From: Candidatus Eiseniibacteriota bacterium
GTDB lineage: Bacteria > Eisenbacteria > RBG-16-71-46
Assembly (NCBI GenBank): GCA_044223005.1
Contig: JBGAML010000004.1
Location: 32,001 to 96,000 of the forward strand
Length of the DNA stretch: 64,000 nucleotides
Reading direction: 5' to 3'
Made by a program: the position numbers and the translations under genes. The notes under the pieces are model-generated. The model was not told the DNA's origin, made no database searches, and was given only the letters and a program-made list of their open reading frames with translations. Positions 1 through 9,296 of the stretch are shown here, piece after piece. The stretch's first letter is position 1. Every line of letters starts with the position of its first letter.

Positions 1-1
1 C

Positions 2-1174
2 ATCGCCGGTGCCGCCGCCATCGAGGGCCTCCGCGCGCACGACCGCGAGGGCAGCATCCTCCTGCTGTCGCGCGAGAATCACCTGCCGTACCGGCGCGCA
101 CCGCTGTCCAAGGACGTGTGGCGCGGCGAATACGACCTCGAGCAGCTCTCGCTGCACGCGGCCGCGTTCTACGACGAGCATCGCGTCGAGGTGCGGCTCC
201 GCCGCGAGATCGTCGAGCTCGACGCCGAGCACAAGGTGCTCTGGGACGAGCGCGGGGACAGCGTCGGGTTCGGGGACGCCCTGCTCTGCACCGGCTGCCG
301 GCCGCGACGGCTGCACGCCGCGGGCGCCGAGACCTCGGGCGTGCGCTACTACCGCGACCTCGAGGACTACCTCGACCTCGAACACCGGCTGCGCCACGTG
401 CAGCACGTGACGATCGTCGGCGGGCACTTCACCGCGGTCGAGATGACGACGTCGCTGCGGGCGATCGGCAAGGAAGTGACGCTGATCTTTCCGGAAGATT
501 ACCCGCTGCACCGCATGCTCCCGCGCGATCTCGGCGAAGGACTCGTCGACTACCTGCGCCGGCTCGACGTCGAGACCGTCTCGGGCGACACGCTCGTACA
601 GGTGAACGAGACCGGCGAGTTCCTGCACGCGAAGACCTACAACGGCAACGACCTCACCACGCAGCTGATCCTCGTCGACCAGGGCGGCGAACCGCTCGCC
701 GAACTCGCCGACGCCGCCGGGCTCGAGACCGACGATGGCATCGTCGTGGACGAGTACGGCCGCAGCTCGCGCCCCGGCCTGTGGGCCGCGGGCGACGTGG
801 CCGAGTTCCCGTACCTCGCGCTCGGGCAGCTGATGCGCGTCGAAGGCAGCGACCACGCCGAGCACCATGGCCGCACGGTCGGCGCCAACATGGCCGGCGC
901 CAACGCGCCCTACACGCACATGCCCCGCAAGTGGTTCGACGTGGGTGACCTGCACTTCGAGGGCGTCGGCGAGCTCTCGAGCCGTGTGGATCACCAGGAC
1001 GTCTGGCTCGAGCCGGGCCAGGAAGGCGTGGTCTTCTACCTGCGCGACGACGTGGTGCGCGGCGTGCTGCTCTGCAACGTGCCGGACCGCATCGAATGGG
1101 CACGCGCGCTCATCCGCGAGGGCCGGCCGATGTCGTCCGCCGACCGCGCCGCCCTGCTCGCGCCCCAGCGCTGA
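2..1174 (+). CDS. FAD/NAD(P)-dependent oxidoreductase, ferredoxin-reductase/AIF-like (5' truncated)
   Basis: Frame is open from base 2 (IAGAAAIEGLRAHD...PYRRAPLSKD). Contains LCTG, GIVVDEYGRS and WAAGDVA motifs of the pyridine nucleotide-disulfide reductase family. Confidence 0.9.
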   Translation: MAGAAAIEGLRAHDREGSILLLSRENHLPYRRAPLSKDVWRGEYDLEQLSLHAAAFYDEHRVEVRLRREIVELDAEHKVLWDERGDSVGFGDALLCTGCRPRRLHAAGAETSGVRYYRDLEDYLDLEHRLRHVQHVTIVGGHFTAVEMTTSLRAIGKEVTLIFPEDYPLHRMLPRDLGEGLVDYLRRLDVETVSGDTLVQVNETGEFLHAKTYNGNDLTTQLILVDQGGEPLAELADAAGLETDDGIVVDEYGRSSRPGLWAAGDVAEFPYLALGQLMRVEGSDHAEHHGRTVGANMAGANAPYTHMPRKWFDVGDLHFEGVGELSSRVDHQDVWLEPGQEGVVFYLRDDVVRGVLLCNVPDRIEWARALIREGRPMSSADRAALLAPQR

Positions 1175-1194
1175 GCCCCGCACCGGAAACGATC

Positions 1195-1222
1195 GCGCCC
1201 CGGAGCCGAAGCTCCGGGGCGC
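1195..1222. terminator. Probable bidirectional intrinsic terminator hairpin
   Basis: GCGCCCCGGAGC-CGAA-GCTCCGGGGCGC is a perfect 12-bp stem between convergent genes (UUCG loop on the minus strand). Confidence 0.7.
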
Positions 1223-1248
1223 GTCGCGTTTCGGATCCTGCGATCCGG

Positions 1249-3459
1249 TCAGAAGCGCCGGGTCGCCGACACCTGGAACCGGTGCGCCTTGTACTCGGAC
1301 CGGTTGGTGCCCAGGAAGATTCCCGACGCCGCCGTGCCGACGTTCGTCGGGTTCACGTTCAGGTACGGGATGCCCTGCGACAGCGGATCCTGGTAGTCGT
1401 ACTGCGTGAAGCCGTACGTGCAGCCCAGGTCCACCTGCGGCGTGTAGTGCCAGCAGGCCGACAGCGCCACGTCGTGCGTGCGGCTGAACGACGGGGCGAG
1501 GTTGATGGCCGTGGTCGACGCCACGTTCGCCAGGATGATGCCCGAGGCGCTGGGCTTGATCACGTGCGCGAAGTCGTACGTCATGAAGTCACGGATGAAC
1601 GTGTACTCCGCGGAGATCTGGAGCTTCTTGGGCTGCGCCCACCAGTCCAGGCGGGCGAAACCGTAGTTGCTCTTGTCCTCGAGGATCGCCGTCCACGGCG
1701 CCACCGACGACGTGTCGCTGATGCCCGCGTTCGGGTTCTCGATCGACGACTGCTCCGGCTTCTGGTCGCCGTAGCCGAAGCCGCCGGTCAGGTCGACGAA
1801 CTTGTTGGCGTGCCACGTGGCCTCGCCGAGGAACTGCGTGTTCTCCACGGACTTCAGGCCGTACGACGTGTCCTTGTAGTCGTCCTTGTTCCACCAGCCC
1901 GACACCGCGACGTCCAGCCACTCGACGCCCGACCAGCTGATCTGGCCGTCGAGCTTGCTCTGGTCGCGATCCGCCACGTCGTAGCGGCGGAAGCTGGACC
2001 ACTCGCCGCCGGCGTACGCGGCGACGTCGAACGAGTCCATGCGGCGCTGGCCGACCGTGTAGCCGACCGACGCCTCGGTCCCGTCGATGGGACGCGCGTG
2101 CAGCTTGGCGCCGAACACGTTCTCGGCGTCCTTGGTGACCTCGCGCCACTCGGGCAGCTCGCGCATGCGGTGCTCGACGAGCACCGACACGTCGACCTGG
2201 GGGGTGAGCGAATAGTCGCCGTCGAAGCCGAACACGGTCCGGGTGTTGCTGAACTCCTCGTTCTCCGTCGCCGTCCGCGCCCACGCCTGGTCGTAGTTCA
2301 CGAACCCATAGGGCAGGTCGAGCACCGGCGTCTTGTCCTCGGTCTTCTCCTGGCGGAAGCGCAGCGTGCCGTAGAAGTTCGCGATCGGACGGCCGCTCAC
2401 GCGGTAGTCCTGGACGAGCGTCGTGATCTTGCCGTCGAGGTTGCCCCGCTCCAGGGCGAGCGAGTCGGTGCCCACGCGGCTGCGGACGAGGATCGTGTCG
2501 TTCACGGTCATCGGGAGGAAGTCCTGCTTCTGCGTCGTCTGGCTCATCCCGATCGTCGCGGTGAACGTGGAGGCGTACGGCAGCCGCCACGAACCGACGA
2601 CGTTCGCATGCACGACGTCGTTGTCCGGCGCCGTGGACATCGCGTTCACGGCCGACCGGTTGTTGTACGTCGTGTTGAAGACCTTGAAGTTGTCGAAGCG
2701 GATCGAGGTGATGCGGTTGTGGAAGCTCGACATGCCCGCCGTCACCATCACGCGGCCGGGACCGTGCGTCCACGTGCCGCTCGCATCCACGTCGATCGTG
2801 CGGTTGTCGATCGGGGCCGGAAGCTCGACCGCCGGACCGCCGGGGCCGCCGAGCGTCGCACCCAGCGCCTGCGAACCGGTGTGCTCGCGATCCGTCGCGC
2901 GGACCTCGAACTGCCAGTCCTTCACCGGACGCCCGCGCAGCCGGACCTTCGTCACGTCCGTCTGCGAGGCCAGCGCCACGCCGGGCGACTGGTTCCGGAG
3001 CAGGTCGTAGAGCGCCTTGTTCTGCGCCGGGTTGGCCGCCGACTGCGTCAGGTTCTGCAGCGTGCGCTGCAGCGAATCCGACAGCGTGAACACGCCGCGG
3101 ACGTTCTGCGCGTAGGGGCTCCGCGCCACGTCGCTGAAGCGGTGCGGCACGGCGTTGAAGGCGGCGTCGAGCCGCCAGCTCACGCCCTTGGCGACGAACA
3201 TTTCGTTCGACTGGTCGTTGCGGGACGGTGCACTGCCCCACACCGCGCCGGCCCACGAGCCCTTCGACTGGCGCAGGACGTAATCGGCCAGGTACGCGCC
3301 GCGCGGCAGGTCGCGATACTCGCGGAACTTCGCTTCGGGGTTGTCCTGGGTCCAGAAGCCGCCGCCGAACGTCACGCTGCCGTCCGACTGCGCCCACGAC
3401 TGGCTCACGGCAAGAAGCGACGCCGCGAGCACCACCATCGAGATGATACGCGCTCTCAT
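1249..3459 (-). CDS. mtrB: MtrB/PioB-family decaheme-associated outer-membrane beta-barrel
   Basis: Signal peptide, AKFREYRDL and ELPAPID motifs, aromatic-rich beta strands and a C-terminal Phe. Lies directly downstream of the decaheme cytochrome gene. Confidence 0.88.
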   Translation of the reverse strand: MRARIISMVVLAASLLAVSQSWAQSDGSVTFGGGFWTQDNPEAKFREYRDLPRGAYLADYVLRQSKGSWAGAVWGSAPSRNDQSNEMFVAKGVSWRLDAAFNAVPHRFSDVARSPYAQNVRGVFTLSDSLQRTLQNLTQSAANPAQNKALYDLLRNQSPGVALASQTDVTKVRLRGRPVKDWQFEVRATDREHTGSQALGATLGGPGGPAVELPAPIDNRTIDVDASGTWTHGPGRVMVTAGMSSFHNRITSIRFDNFKVFNTTYNNRSAVNAMSTAPDNDVVHANVVGSWRLPYASTFTATIGMSQTTQKQDFLPMTVNDTILVRSRVGTDSLALERGNLDGKITTLVQDYRVSGRPIANFYGTLRFRQEKTEDKTPVLDLPYGFVNYDQAWARTATENEEFSNTRTVFGFDGDYSLTPQVDVSVLVEHRMRELPEWREVTKDAENVFGAKLHARPIDGTEASVGYTVGQRRMDSFDVAAYAGGEWSSFRRYDVADRDQSKLDGQISWSGVEWLDVAVSGWWNKDDYKDTSYGLKSVENTQFLGEATWHANKFVDLTGGFGYGDQKPEQSSIENPNAGISDTSSVAPWTAILEDKSNYGFARLDWWAQPKKLQISAEYTFIRDFMTYDFAHVIKPSASGIILANVASTTAINLAPSFSRTHDVALSACWHYTPQVDLGCTYGFTQYDYQDPLSQGIPYLNVNPTNVGTAASGIFLGTNRSEYKAHRFQVSATRRF

Positions 3460-3469
3460 GGCATGCCTC

Positions 3470-4387
3470 CTATCGGACGAACGTCTTGCCGGACGGGTGG
3501 TTGGAACCGTGGATCATGGAATGGCAGTTCAGGCACGACCGGTTCATCGTCGTGATCGCTCCCGTGTTCACGTCCGTCTGGTCCCGCAGCTGCGACGGGT
3601 GACGCGCCGCGTCGTGGCAGCGGTTGCAGAGGAACGGCGTGCGCGCGACGAGCATGCGGCTGTTGTTCGAGCCGTGCGCGTCGTGGCAGGTCATGCAGTT
3701 CTCGCGCACCGGCGCGTGCTCCCAGAGGAACGGCCCGCGCTTGTCGGCGTGGCAGCTCTCGCAGAGCTCCTGCGTCGAGAGGGCGCGCACCTGCTTGGGC
3801 CCCGCGGTACCGTGCGGATTGTGGCAGTCGCCACAGGTCAGGCCGTTGCCGCCGATCGGCATGTGGGCGGACTTGCCCATCGCCAGGTGGTTGGCCTTGT
3901 GGCAGGTGAGACAGAGCTTCGTGGTGTCCTCGGCCTTGAGGTTCCGCGCGTGGCCGGGGTCCTTGCTGTCGTGGATGCTGTGGCAGCTGATGCACGACAC
4001 GCCCTTGCGCTCGTGCGCGCTGTGCTGCCAGTAGAACTGCTCGCCCGCGTTGTGGCAGGCGGTGCAGGTGGCGTTGGCCTGGTCGGCCGGGAGCTTGTCG
4101 GGCTTCACGATCGTCGCGAAGCCGGGGTCCTTCGTGTCGCCCGCGGCGGCCACGTGGGCCGAGCCCGGCCCGTGGCACGACTCGCAGCCCATCTTCTCGG
4201 ACAGCGCGGCACCATCGGATTCCGCGCGGCCGTGTGAGGTCGTCAGGTACTGCGCGTACTCCTTCTGGTGGCAGTCCTTGCACGCTTCGGATCCGGCCAT
4301 CGTCGGCGCGGACCAGGCGGGCAGGGCACTCACCATCAGGAGCGACGAACCGAGCAGTGCTGCACGCAGCGTCCAGCTTCGTCGCAT
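3470..4387 (-). CDS. mtrA: DmsE/MtrA-family periplasmic decaheme c-type cytochrome
   Basis: Signal peptide and ten CxxCH motifs (CKDCH, CESCH, CTACH, CISCH, CLTCH, CGDCH, CESCH, CMTCH, CNRCH, CLNCH). KRGPFLWEHAPV and IHGSNHPSG signatures; AGGAGG RBS. Confidence 0.95.
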   Translation of the reverse strand: MRRSWTLRAALLGSSLLMVSALPAWSAPTMAGSEACKDCHQKEYAQYLTTSHGRAESDGAALSEKMGCESCHGPGSAHVAAAGDTKDPGFATIVKPDKLPADQANATCTACHNAGEQFYWQHSAHERKGVSCISCHSIHDSKDPGHARNLKAEDTTKLCLTCHKANHLAMGKSAHMPIGGNGLTCGDCHNPHGTAGPKQVRALSTQELCESCHADKRGPFLWEHAPVRENCMTCHDAHGSNNSRMLVARTPFLCNRCHDAARHPSQLRDQTDVNTGAITTMNRSCLNCHSMIHGSNHPSGKTFVR

Positions 4388-4652
4388 CGGCTTCCTCCTT
4401 CCCGGGAGGTTGAGGGGAAACTCGCTGGCTGGCGCGCCCGCGCGTCTCCGTGAATGATCGAAGCGAGAGTCCGTATTACTACTGAGGGACTACGGCAAGC
4501 TACGGCCAACGCAAGGTTTCTCACGATGGTCCATAGGTGGCAATCGCTTGCAGGCGAACGAATTCCAATATCGTTCGGGACAAATGCCGGCGAATGCGGC
4601 AGTTGATCCGAAGAGATCGCGACAGAGCGATCGATTGCGGCGCGTGCGCACG

Positions 4653-4687
4653 AAAAAAACAGGGCGGGCACTCGCGTGCCCGCCCTG
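4653..4687 (-). terminator. Rho-independent terminator of the response regulator gene
   Basis: On the minus strand, CAGGGCGGGCAC-GCGA-GTGCCCGCCCTG is followed by T7. Confidence 0.9.
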
Positions 4688-4706
4688 CGTGTGGCTTCGG
4701 ATCGGC

Positions 4707-5525
4707 TCAGCGGCCGATGGTGGTCCTCGTCGCGAAGAGCAGCGGATGCCGCGCGATGAAGAGTCCCGCCTGCAGCCGGTCCTCGAGCCCGAGACGCTCG
4801 AGCAGACGCGTGACGTGCTTCTTCACCGTGGGTTCGCTGATGCCGAGTGCGCTCGCGATCTCCTTGTTCGAGCGGCCCTCGGAGAGGAGCAGCGACACTT
4901 CGAGCAGCCGCGGTGACAGCGGCGAGTCGGACGACTCGCTGCCCGACGTCAGCGGCAGCACGGTTCCGGGCTCGAACGCGGTGCGCCCCGAGGCGACCGC
5001 GCGAATCGTGGCGAACAGGGCCTTCGGATCGGCGCTGCGGCGCACCGTTCCGACCGCACCCTGCGCGGCCGCGATCTGCAGGCAATCGTGACCGCCACCG
5101 CAGATCGCGGACGCCTTGTGCGTGTCCGGCCGCGGGTGCGAGCTCGACGGCGGATTGAGCACCAGGCAGTCGCTCCAGCCGCGCTCCGACATGGCCACGA
5201 TGGGCAGGTCGGGCAGGGCGGTGCGGATCTCCGGCAGCGCCGGTTCGCCCATCGGGCTCGGCAGCGACAACGTGAGCACGAGGACGTCGGGCTTGAGCCG
5301 CCGGCAGGCCTCGATGGCCTCCTGCGTGTTCGCCGCTTCACCCACGACCAGGAAATCCTCCTGGGCGCGGATCAGCGAGGCGACACCGGCACGGTCGATG
5401 GCGGCGCCATCGGCGACGACGAGACAGATCGCGGGGGAGTTTCCCGCCGCGGGTGAATCCATCGGAGGCGCGGGCGAGGTGACTCGCCGCGCACTCGTAC
5501 GTGTACGCGTAGTGATCGTCTTCAC
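4707..5525 (-). CDS. Atypical NarL/LuxR-family response regulator (pseudo-receiver with Cys/His insert)
   Basis: Receiver-like N-terminus (VVGEAAN..EAI..PDVLVL) plus LuxR HTH (LSPR..GRSNKEIASALGISEPTVKKH). GTG start chosen after GGAGG. Confidence 0.85.
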   Translation of the reverse strand: MKTITTRTRTSARRVTSPAPPMDSPAAGNSPAICLVVADGAAIDRAGVASLIRAQEDFLVVGEAANTQEAIEACRRLKPDVLVLTLSLPSPMGEPALPEIRTALPDLPIVAMSERGWSDCLVLNPPSSSHPRPDTHKASAICGGGHDCLQIAAAQGAVGTVRRSADPKALFATIRAVASGRTAFEPGTVLPLTSGSESSDSPLSPRLLEVSLLLSEGRSNKEIASALGISEPTVKKHVTRLLERLGLEDRLQAGLFIARHPLLFATRTTIGR

Positions 5526-5701
5526 GACACATCCTCCCCATTCCAGCGCACGCCCATGCGGCGCGGCGCCGGACCCCCCAACGGCCCGACACTCTGACAG
5601 GAGAATGAAACACACGCCCTTTGTTTGCAAGTCTCCGCGCCGATTCGCGGATGGGACTGACGAAATTTCAGGGTGTCAAGAGCCGGAGAGAGAATGCGAA
5701 A

Positions 5702-6604
5702 TCAACTGGGCGGGGTGCCGGGATCGAGAGCGTCGCGCAGGCCGTCGCCGAGGAAGTGGAAGGCGAGCAGCGTCGACGCGAGTGCGAGGCCCGGGAAGAT
5801 CACGAGCCACGGGAAGATCGCCATCACGCGCGCGCCGTCGGCGACGAGCGTTCCCCACGACGCCGCGGGCGGCTGGACGCCGAGGCCGAGGAACGACAGG
5901 AAGGCCTCCTGCAGCACGACGGCGGGGACGGTGAGCGTCGCGTACACGATCACGGGGCCGAGCGTGTTCGGCACGAGGTGCCGCCACACGATCGCCCCGT
6001 CGTCCGCCCCGAGCGCGCGCGCGGCTTCGACGAACGTGCGGGTCCGCAGCGACAGGACCTGGCCGCGCACGATGCGCGCCATGGTCAGCCACTGCACCAG
6101 GCCCAGCGCCACGAACAGCATGACGAGGCTGCGGTCGAAAAACACGCGCAGCACGATCACGAGGAAGATGTAGGGGAGCGAGTAGAGCACGTCGACGGCG
6201 CGCATCATCCCTTCGTCCACGGCGCCGCCCGCGTAGCCCGCGATCGCGCCCCACGCGACGCCCACGACCACGCTGACGAGCGTGCCGACGAGCCCGACCA
6301 GCATCGAGATGCGGCCGCCGAACAGCACGCGCGCGAACAGGTCGCGGCCCAGGTCGTCGGTCCCGAACAGGTGCGCCCATGAGGGTGGCGAGGCGCCGAG
6401 CGCGAGGTCCTGCGCCGCGGGGTCCGCGACGAACGGCAGCCACGGCGCGAGCGCCGCGAGCAGCGCGGCCGCGAGCAGGAACGTTCCGGCCGCGACCGCC
6501 GCGCGATCGCGCCGCAAGCGGCGCCAGGCGTCGGTCCACGGACCACGGCGCACGGCGCGCGGCGCCGGAGCGACGGTGGCGGGCGGCGAGAGGCCGATGC
6601 TCAT
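5702..6604 (-). CDS. oppC: Oligopeptide ABC transporter permease OppC/DppC
   Basis: HLFGTDDLGRD, FVEAARALGA, LSFLGLG motifs; overlaps the oppB stop. Confidence 0.92.
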   Translation of the reverse strand: MSIGLSPPATVAPAPRAVRRGPWTDAWRRLRRDRAAVAAGTFLLAAALLAALAPWLPFVADPAAQDLALGASPPSWAHLFGTDDLGRDLFARVLFGGRISMLVGLVGTLVSVVVGVAWGAIAGYAGGAVDEGMMRAVDVLYSLPYIFLVIVLRVFFDRSLVMLFVALGLVQWLTMARIVRGQVLSLRTRTFVEAARALGADDGAIVWRHLVPNTLGPVIVYATLTVPAVVLQEAFLSFLGLGVQPPAASWGTLVADGARVMAIFPWLVIFPGLALASTLLAFHFLGDGLRDALDPGTPPS

Positions 6605-7518
6605 CGCAACTCCACCCGCGGGTCGAGCACCGCCTGCAGCAGGTCGACGAGCACGTGCAGCAGCAGCAGCGCGGCGGCGTAGAAGAGCACCACGCCGAGC
6701 ACCACCGTGTAGTCGCGGTTGAAGGCCGCGTTCACCAGCTGCCGGCCCAGTCCCGGGATCGCGAACACCTGCTCGACCGCGACCGAGCCCATGACGATGC
6801 CGGCCGTCGCAGGTCCGAGGTACGACACCACCGGCGCGAGCCCGAGCCGCAGCGCGTGCCGCACGAGCACGAGCCGCTCGGAGAGTCCCTTGGCGCGCGC
6901 CGTGCGCACGAAGTCCTGGCCGAGCACTTCGAGCATGCCGGCACGCGTGAGCCGTGCGATCGCCGCCGCGTACGCCGCCGAGAGCGTGATCACCGGCAGC
7001 ACGCGGCTCGCGGGCCCCGACCAGAGCGCGGGCGGCAGCCCGTAGAGGCCGAGCGAGAAGACCAGCACCAGCAGCGGGCCGAGCACGAAGTTCGGCACCG
7101 ACACGCCGGCGAGCGCGAGCGCCATGGCCGCGTGGTCGGCGGCGCGGCCGCGGCGCGCCGCGGCGATCACGCCGGCCGGCACGCCGACCGCCAGCGCGAG
7201 CAGCAGCGCGAGCAGGCCGAGCTCGCCCGAAACGCGCAGCCCCGACAGCACGAGGTGGCGCACCGACTGTTGCGGGTACTTGTACGAGGGTCCGAGATCG
7301 CCGTGCAGCGCGTTCCAGAGGAAGCGGCCGTACTGCTCGGGCAGCGAGCGGTCGAGCCCGTAGAGATGCTCGAGCTGCGCGCGAGCCGCGGCGGGGATTT
7401 CCTTCTCGGCGAGGAACGGTCCGCCCGGCGCCATGCGCACGAGCGCGAACGTGAGCGTCGCGATCGCCCACAGCGTCGGCACGAACAGCAGCAGGCGCCG
7501 CACGAGGAACCGGGTCAC
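6601..7518 (-). CDS. oppB: Oligopeptide ABC transporter permease OppB/DppB
   Basis: APGGPF, GDLGPSY, DFVRTARAKGL, FAIPGLG and RDY motifs; GTG start overlaps the oppA stop. Confidence 0.92.
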   Translation of the reverse strand: MTRFLVRRLLLFVPTLWAIATLTFALVRMAPGGPFLAEKEIPAAARAQLEHLYGLDRSLPEQYGRFLWNALHGDLGPSYKYPQQSVRHLVLSGLRVSGELGLLALLLALAVGVPAGVIAAARRGRAADHAAMALALAGVSVPNFVLGPLLVLVFSLGLYGLPPALWSGPASRVLPVITLSAAYAAAIARLTRAGMLEVLGQDFVRTARAKGLSERLVLVRHALRLGLAPVVSYLGPATAGIVMGSVAVEQVFAIPGLGRQLVNAAFNRDYTVVLGVVLFYAAALLLLHVLVDLLQAVLDPRVELR

Positions 7519-9176
7519 GGGTTCCTCCGCCCGGCGATGGGCTCGTGCTCGCGCCAGCCGCGGTCGATCCACACGCGCGAAAGCGGGTGCAGGTCGAGCA
7601 CCGTGGGATGCAGGCCGCGCACCCACGGCTTCACGAGCTCGTGCGTCGCGTAGTGGTAGATGGGCAGGAAGACCGCGGCGTCGAGCGCGATCGATTCGGC
7701 GTCCCGCAGCATGGCCATGCGCCGCACCGGGTCGCGTTCCGCCGCCGCGTCGCGCAGCAGCGCGTCGTAGCGCGGATCGCTCCAGCCCGTGCGGTTGTTG
7801 CCGTCGCCGGTGCGGAGAGGCTCGAGGAACGTGTTGGGGTCGAGGTAGTCGCCGATCCACGAGCGCCGCGCGACCGCGTAGCGCAGGTGCGTGGTGGCTT
7901 CGAGCGTCGAGGCGAACTCCTGGTTCTCGAGCTCGACGGGGATCCCGAGCTCGCGGCGCCACATGGACTGCACCGCTTCGGCGATCCGGCGGTGGTCCTC
8001 GCTCGTGCTGAAGAGGATCGTGAAGCGGGGGAAGCCGCGTCCCCCGGCGAAGCCCGCGCGCGCCAGTTCGCGGCGCGCCGATTCCGGCGCGAACGGCACG
8101 GGCGGCGGCGGCACGTAGCCCGGGTAGCCGCCGGGCGTGATGCGTCCCCACGGCCGGCGCGTGCCCTTGAGCAGGTCGCGTGCGATCGCCTCGCGGTCGA
8201 TCGCCAGGTTCAGCGCGCGGCGCACGTGCACGTCGCCGAATGGGGGCCGCGTCACGTTGACGCTGTAGAAGTACGTGGCCTGGAACTCGCCCGTCTCGTA
8301 GTCGGCGTAGCGGCGCAGGTAGGGGAGCCACGGCGCGGGGATGTAGCCGCTCGGGTTCCAGTCGATCTCGCCCGCCTTGTAGAGGTTGGTCGACGTGTTG
8401 AGGTCGTCGACCGCGTACGCGACGACACGGTCGAGCTTCACGTGTTTCGCGTCCCAGTAGCGCGGGTTGCGCTCCACCTCGATCCGGTCGCCCGGCCGGT
8501 GGCGCACGAGCCGGAACGCGCCGTCGCCGACCAGGTGCCCCGGTTCGGTCCACGCCGGGCCCCAGCGTTCGATCACCCGCCGCGGCACCGGCAGGCACGC
8601 GGGGTTGGAGGTGAGGAACACGAAGTAGGGCGTCGGCCGCGCCAGCGTGACGACCAGCGTCGTGTCGTCGAGCGCGCGCACGCCGAGGCGCGCGACGTCG
8701 GGAATCGCGCCGGCGTGGATCGACTCGGCGTTCGCCACCGGGTAGAGCACGCTCGCCGCGCGCGATGCGGTCGCAGGATCCACCACTCGCCGCCACGACC
8801 ACACGAAGTCGCCCGCGACGAGCGGCGTGCCGTCGCTCCACGCGAGGCCCGGCCGCAGGTGAAAGGTGAGCGTGAGCCCGTCGCGGTCCGTCTCCCAGTG
8901 CGTCGCGAGCGCGGGCTGCGGCAGCAGCGTCTGCGGGTCGGGCGCGGTCAGGCCCTCGAACAGCATGCCGGCGATGCGGCCGTCGGCCTGCGCCGTGACC
9001 AGGCCGGGATCGAGGCTCTCGGGCTCCTGGCCGTTGTTGAAGCGCAGGACCTCGCCGGCCGGCGGGCGCAGCGAGCCGAACCAGCGCGCGTCCACGGCGC
9101 CCGGCCCCGGCGCGCGCGCGCACGAGGCGAGCGCGAGGGCGAGGAGCGCGGCGGACCACGCGGCGCGCGGGGGCAT
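7515..9176 (-). CDS. oppA: Peptide ABC transporter substrate-binding lipoprotein OppA
   Basis: Lipobox LASC; EPESLDP, WSDGTP, VRRALNLAIDR and WIGDYLDP family-5 SBP motifs. Confidence 0.92.
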   Translation of the reverse strand: MPPRAAWSAALLALALASCARAPGPGAVDARWFGSLRPPAGEVLRFNNGQEPESLDPGLVTAQADGRIAGMLFEGLTAPDPQTLLPQPALATHWETDRDGLTLTFHLRPGLAWSDGTPLVAGDFVWSWRRVVDPATASRAASVLYPVANAESIHAGAIPDVARLGVRALDDTTLVVTLARPTPYFVFLTSNPACLPVPRRVIERWGPAWTEPGHLVGDGAFRLVRHRPGDRIEVERNPRYWDAKHVKLDRVVAYAVDDLNTSTNLYKAGEIDWNPSGYIPAPWLPYLRRYADYETGEFQATYFYSVNVTRPPFGDVHVRRALNLAIDREAIARDLLKGTRRPWGRITPGGYPGYVPPPPVPFAPESARRELARAGFAGGRGFPRFTILFSTSEDHRRIAEAVQSMWRRELGIPVELENQEFASTLEATTHLRYAVARRSWIGDYLDPNTFLEPLRTGDGNNRTGWSDPRYDALLRDAAAERDPVRRMAMLRDAESIALDAAVFLPIYHYATHELVKPWVRGLHPTVLDLHPLSRVWIDRGWREHEPIAGRRNP

Positions 9177-9296
9177 CGGGATCACCGCCGCACCATACCA
9201 GAGCGCCCGCCGCGCGCGGCCGCCGGTGAGAACGGCGCATCGCCCCGGGAGGCACGCTCGCTGGCGCCACCCGCGGGGTGGCCGTAAAGTCGCGCC

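Noticed and set aside
4494..4552. Two sigma54-like motifs upstream of mtrA (TGGCCGTAGCTTGC on minus; TGGCAATCGCTTGC on plus)
   Set aside because: Both have GG-N9-GC spacing, whereas sigma54 strictly needs N10.
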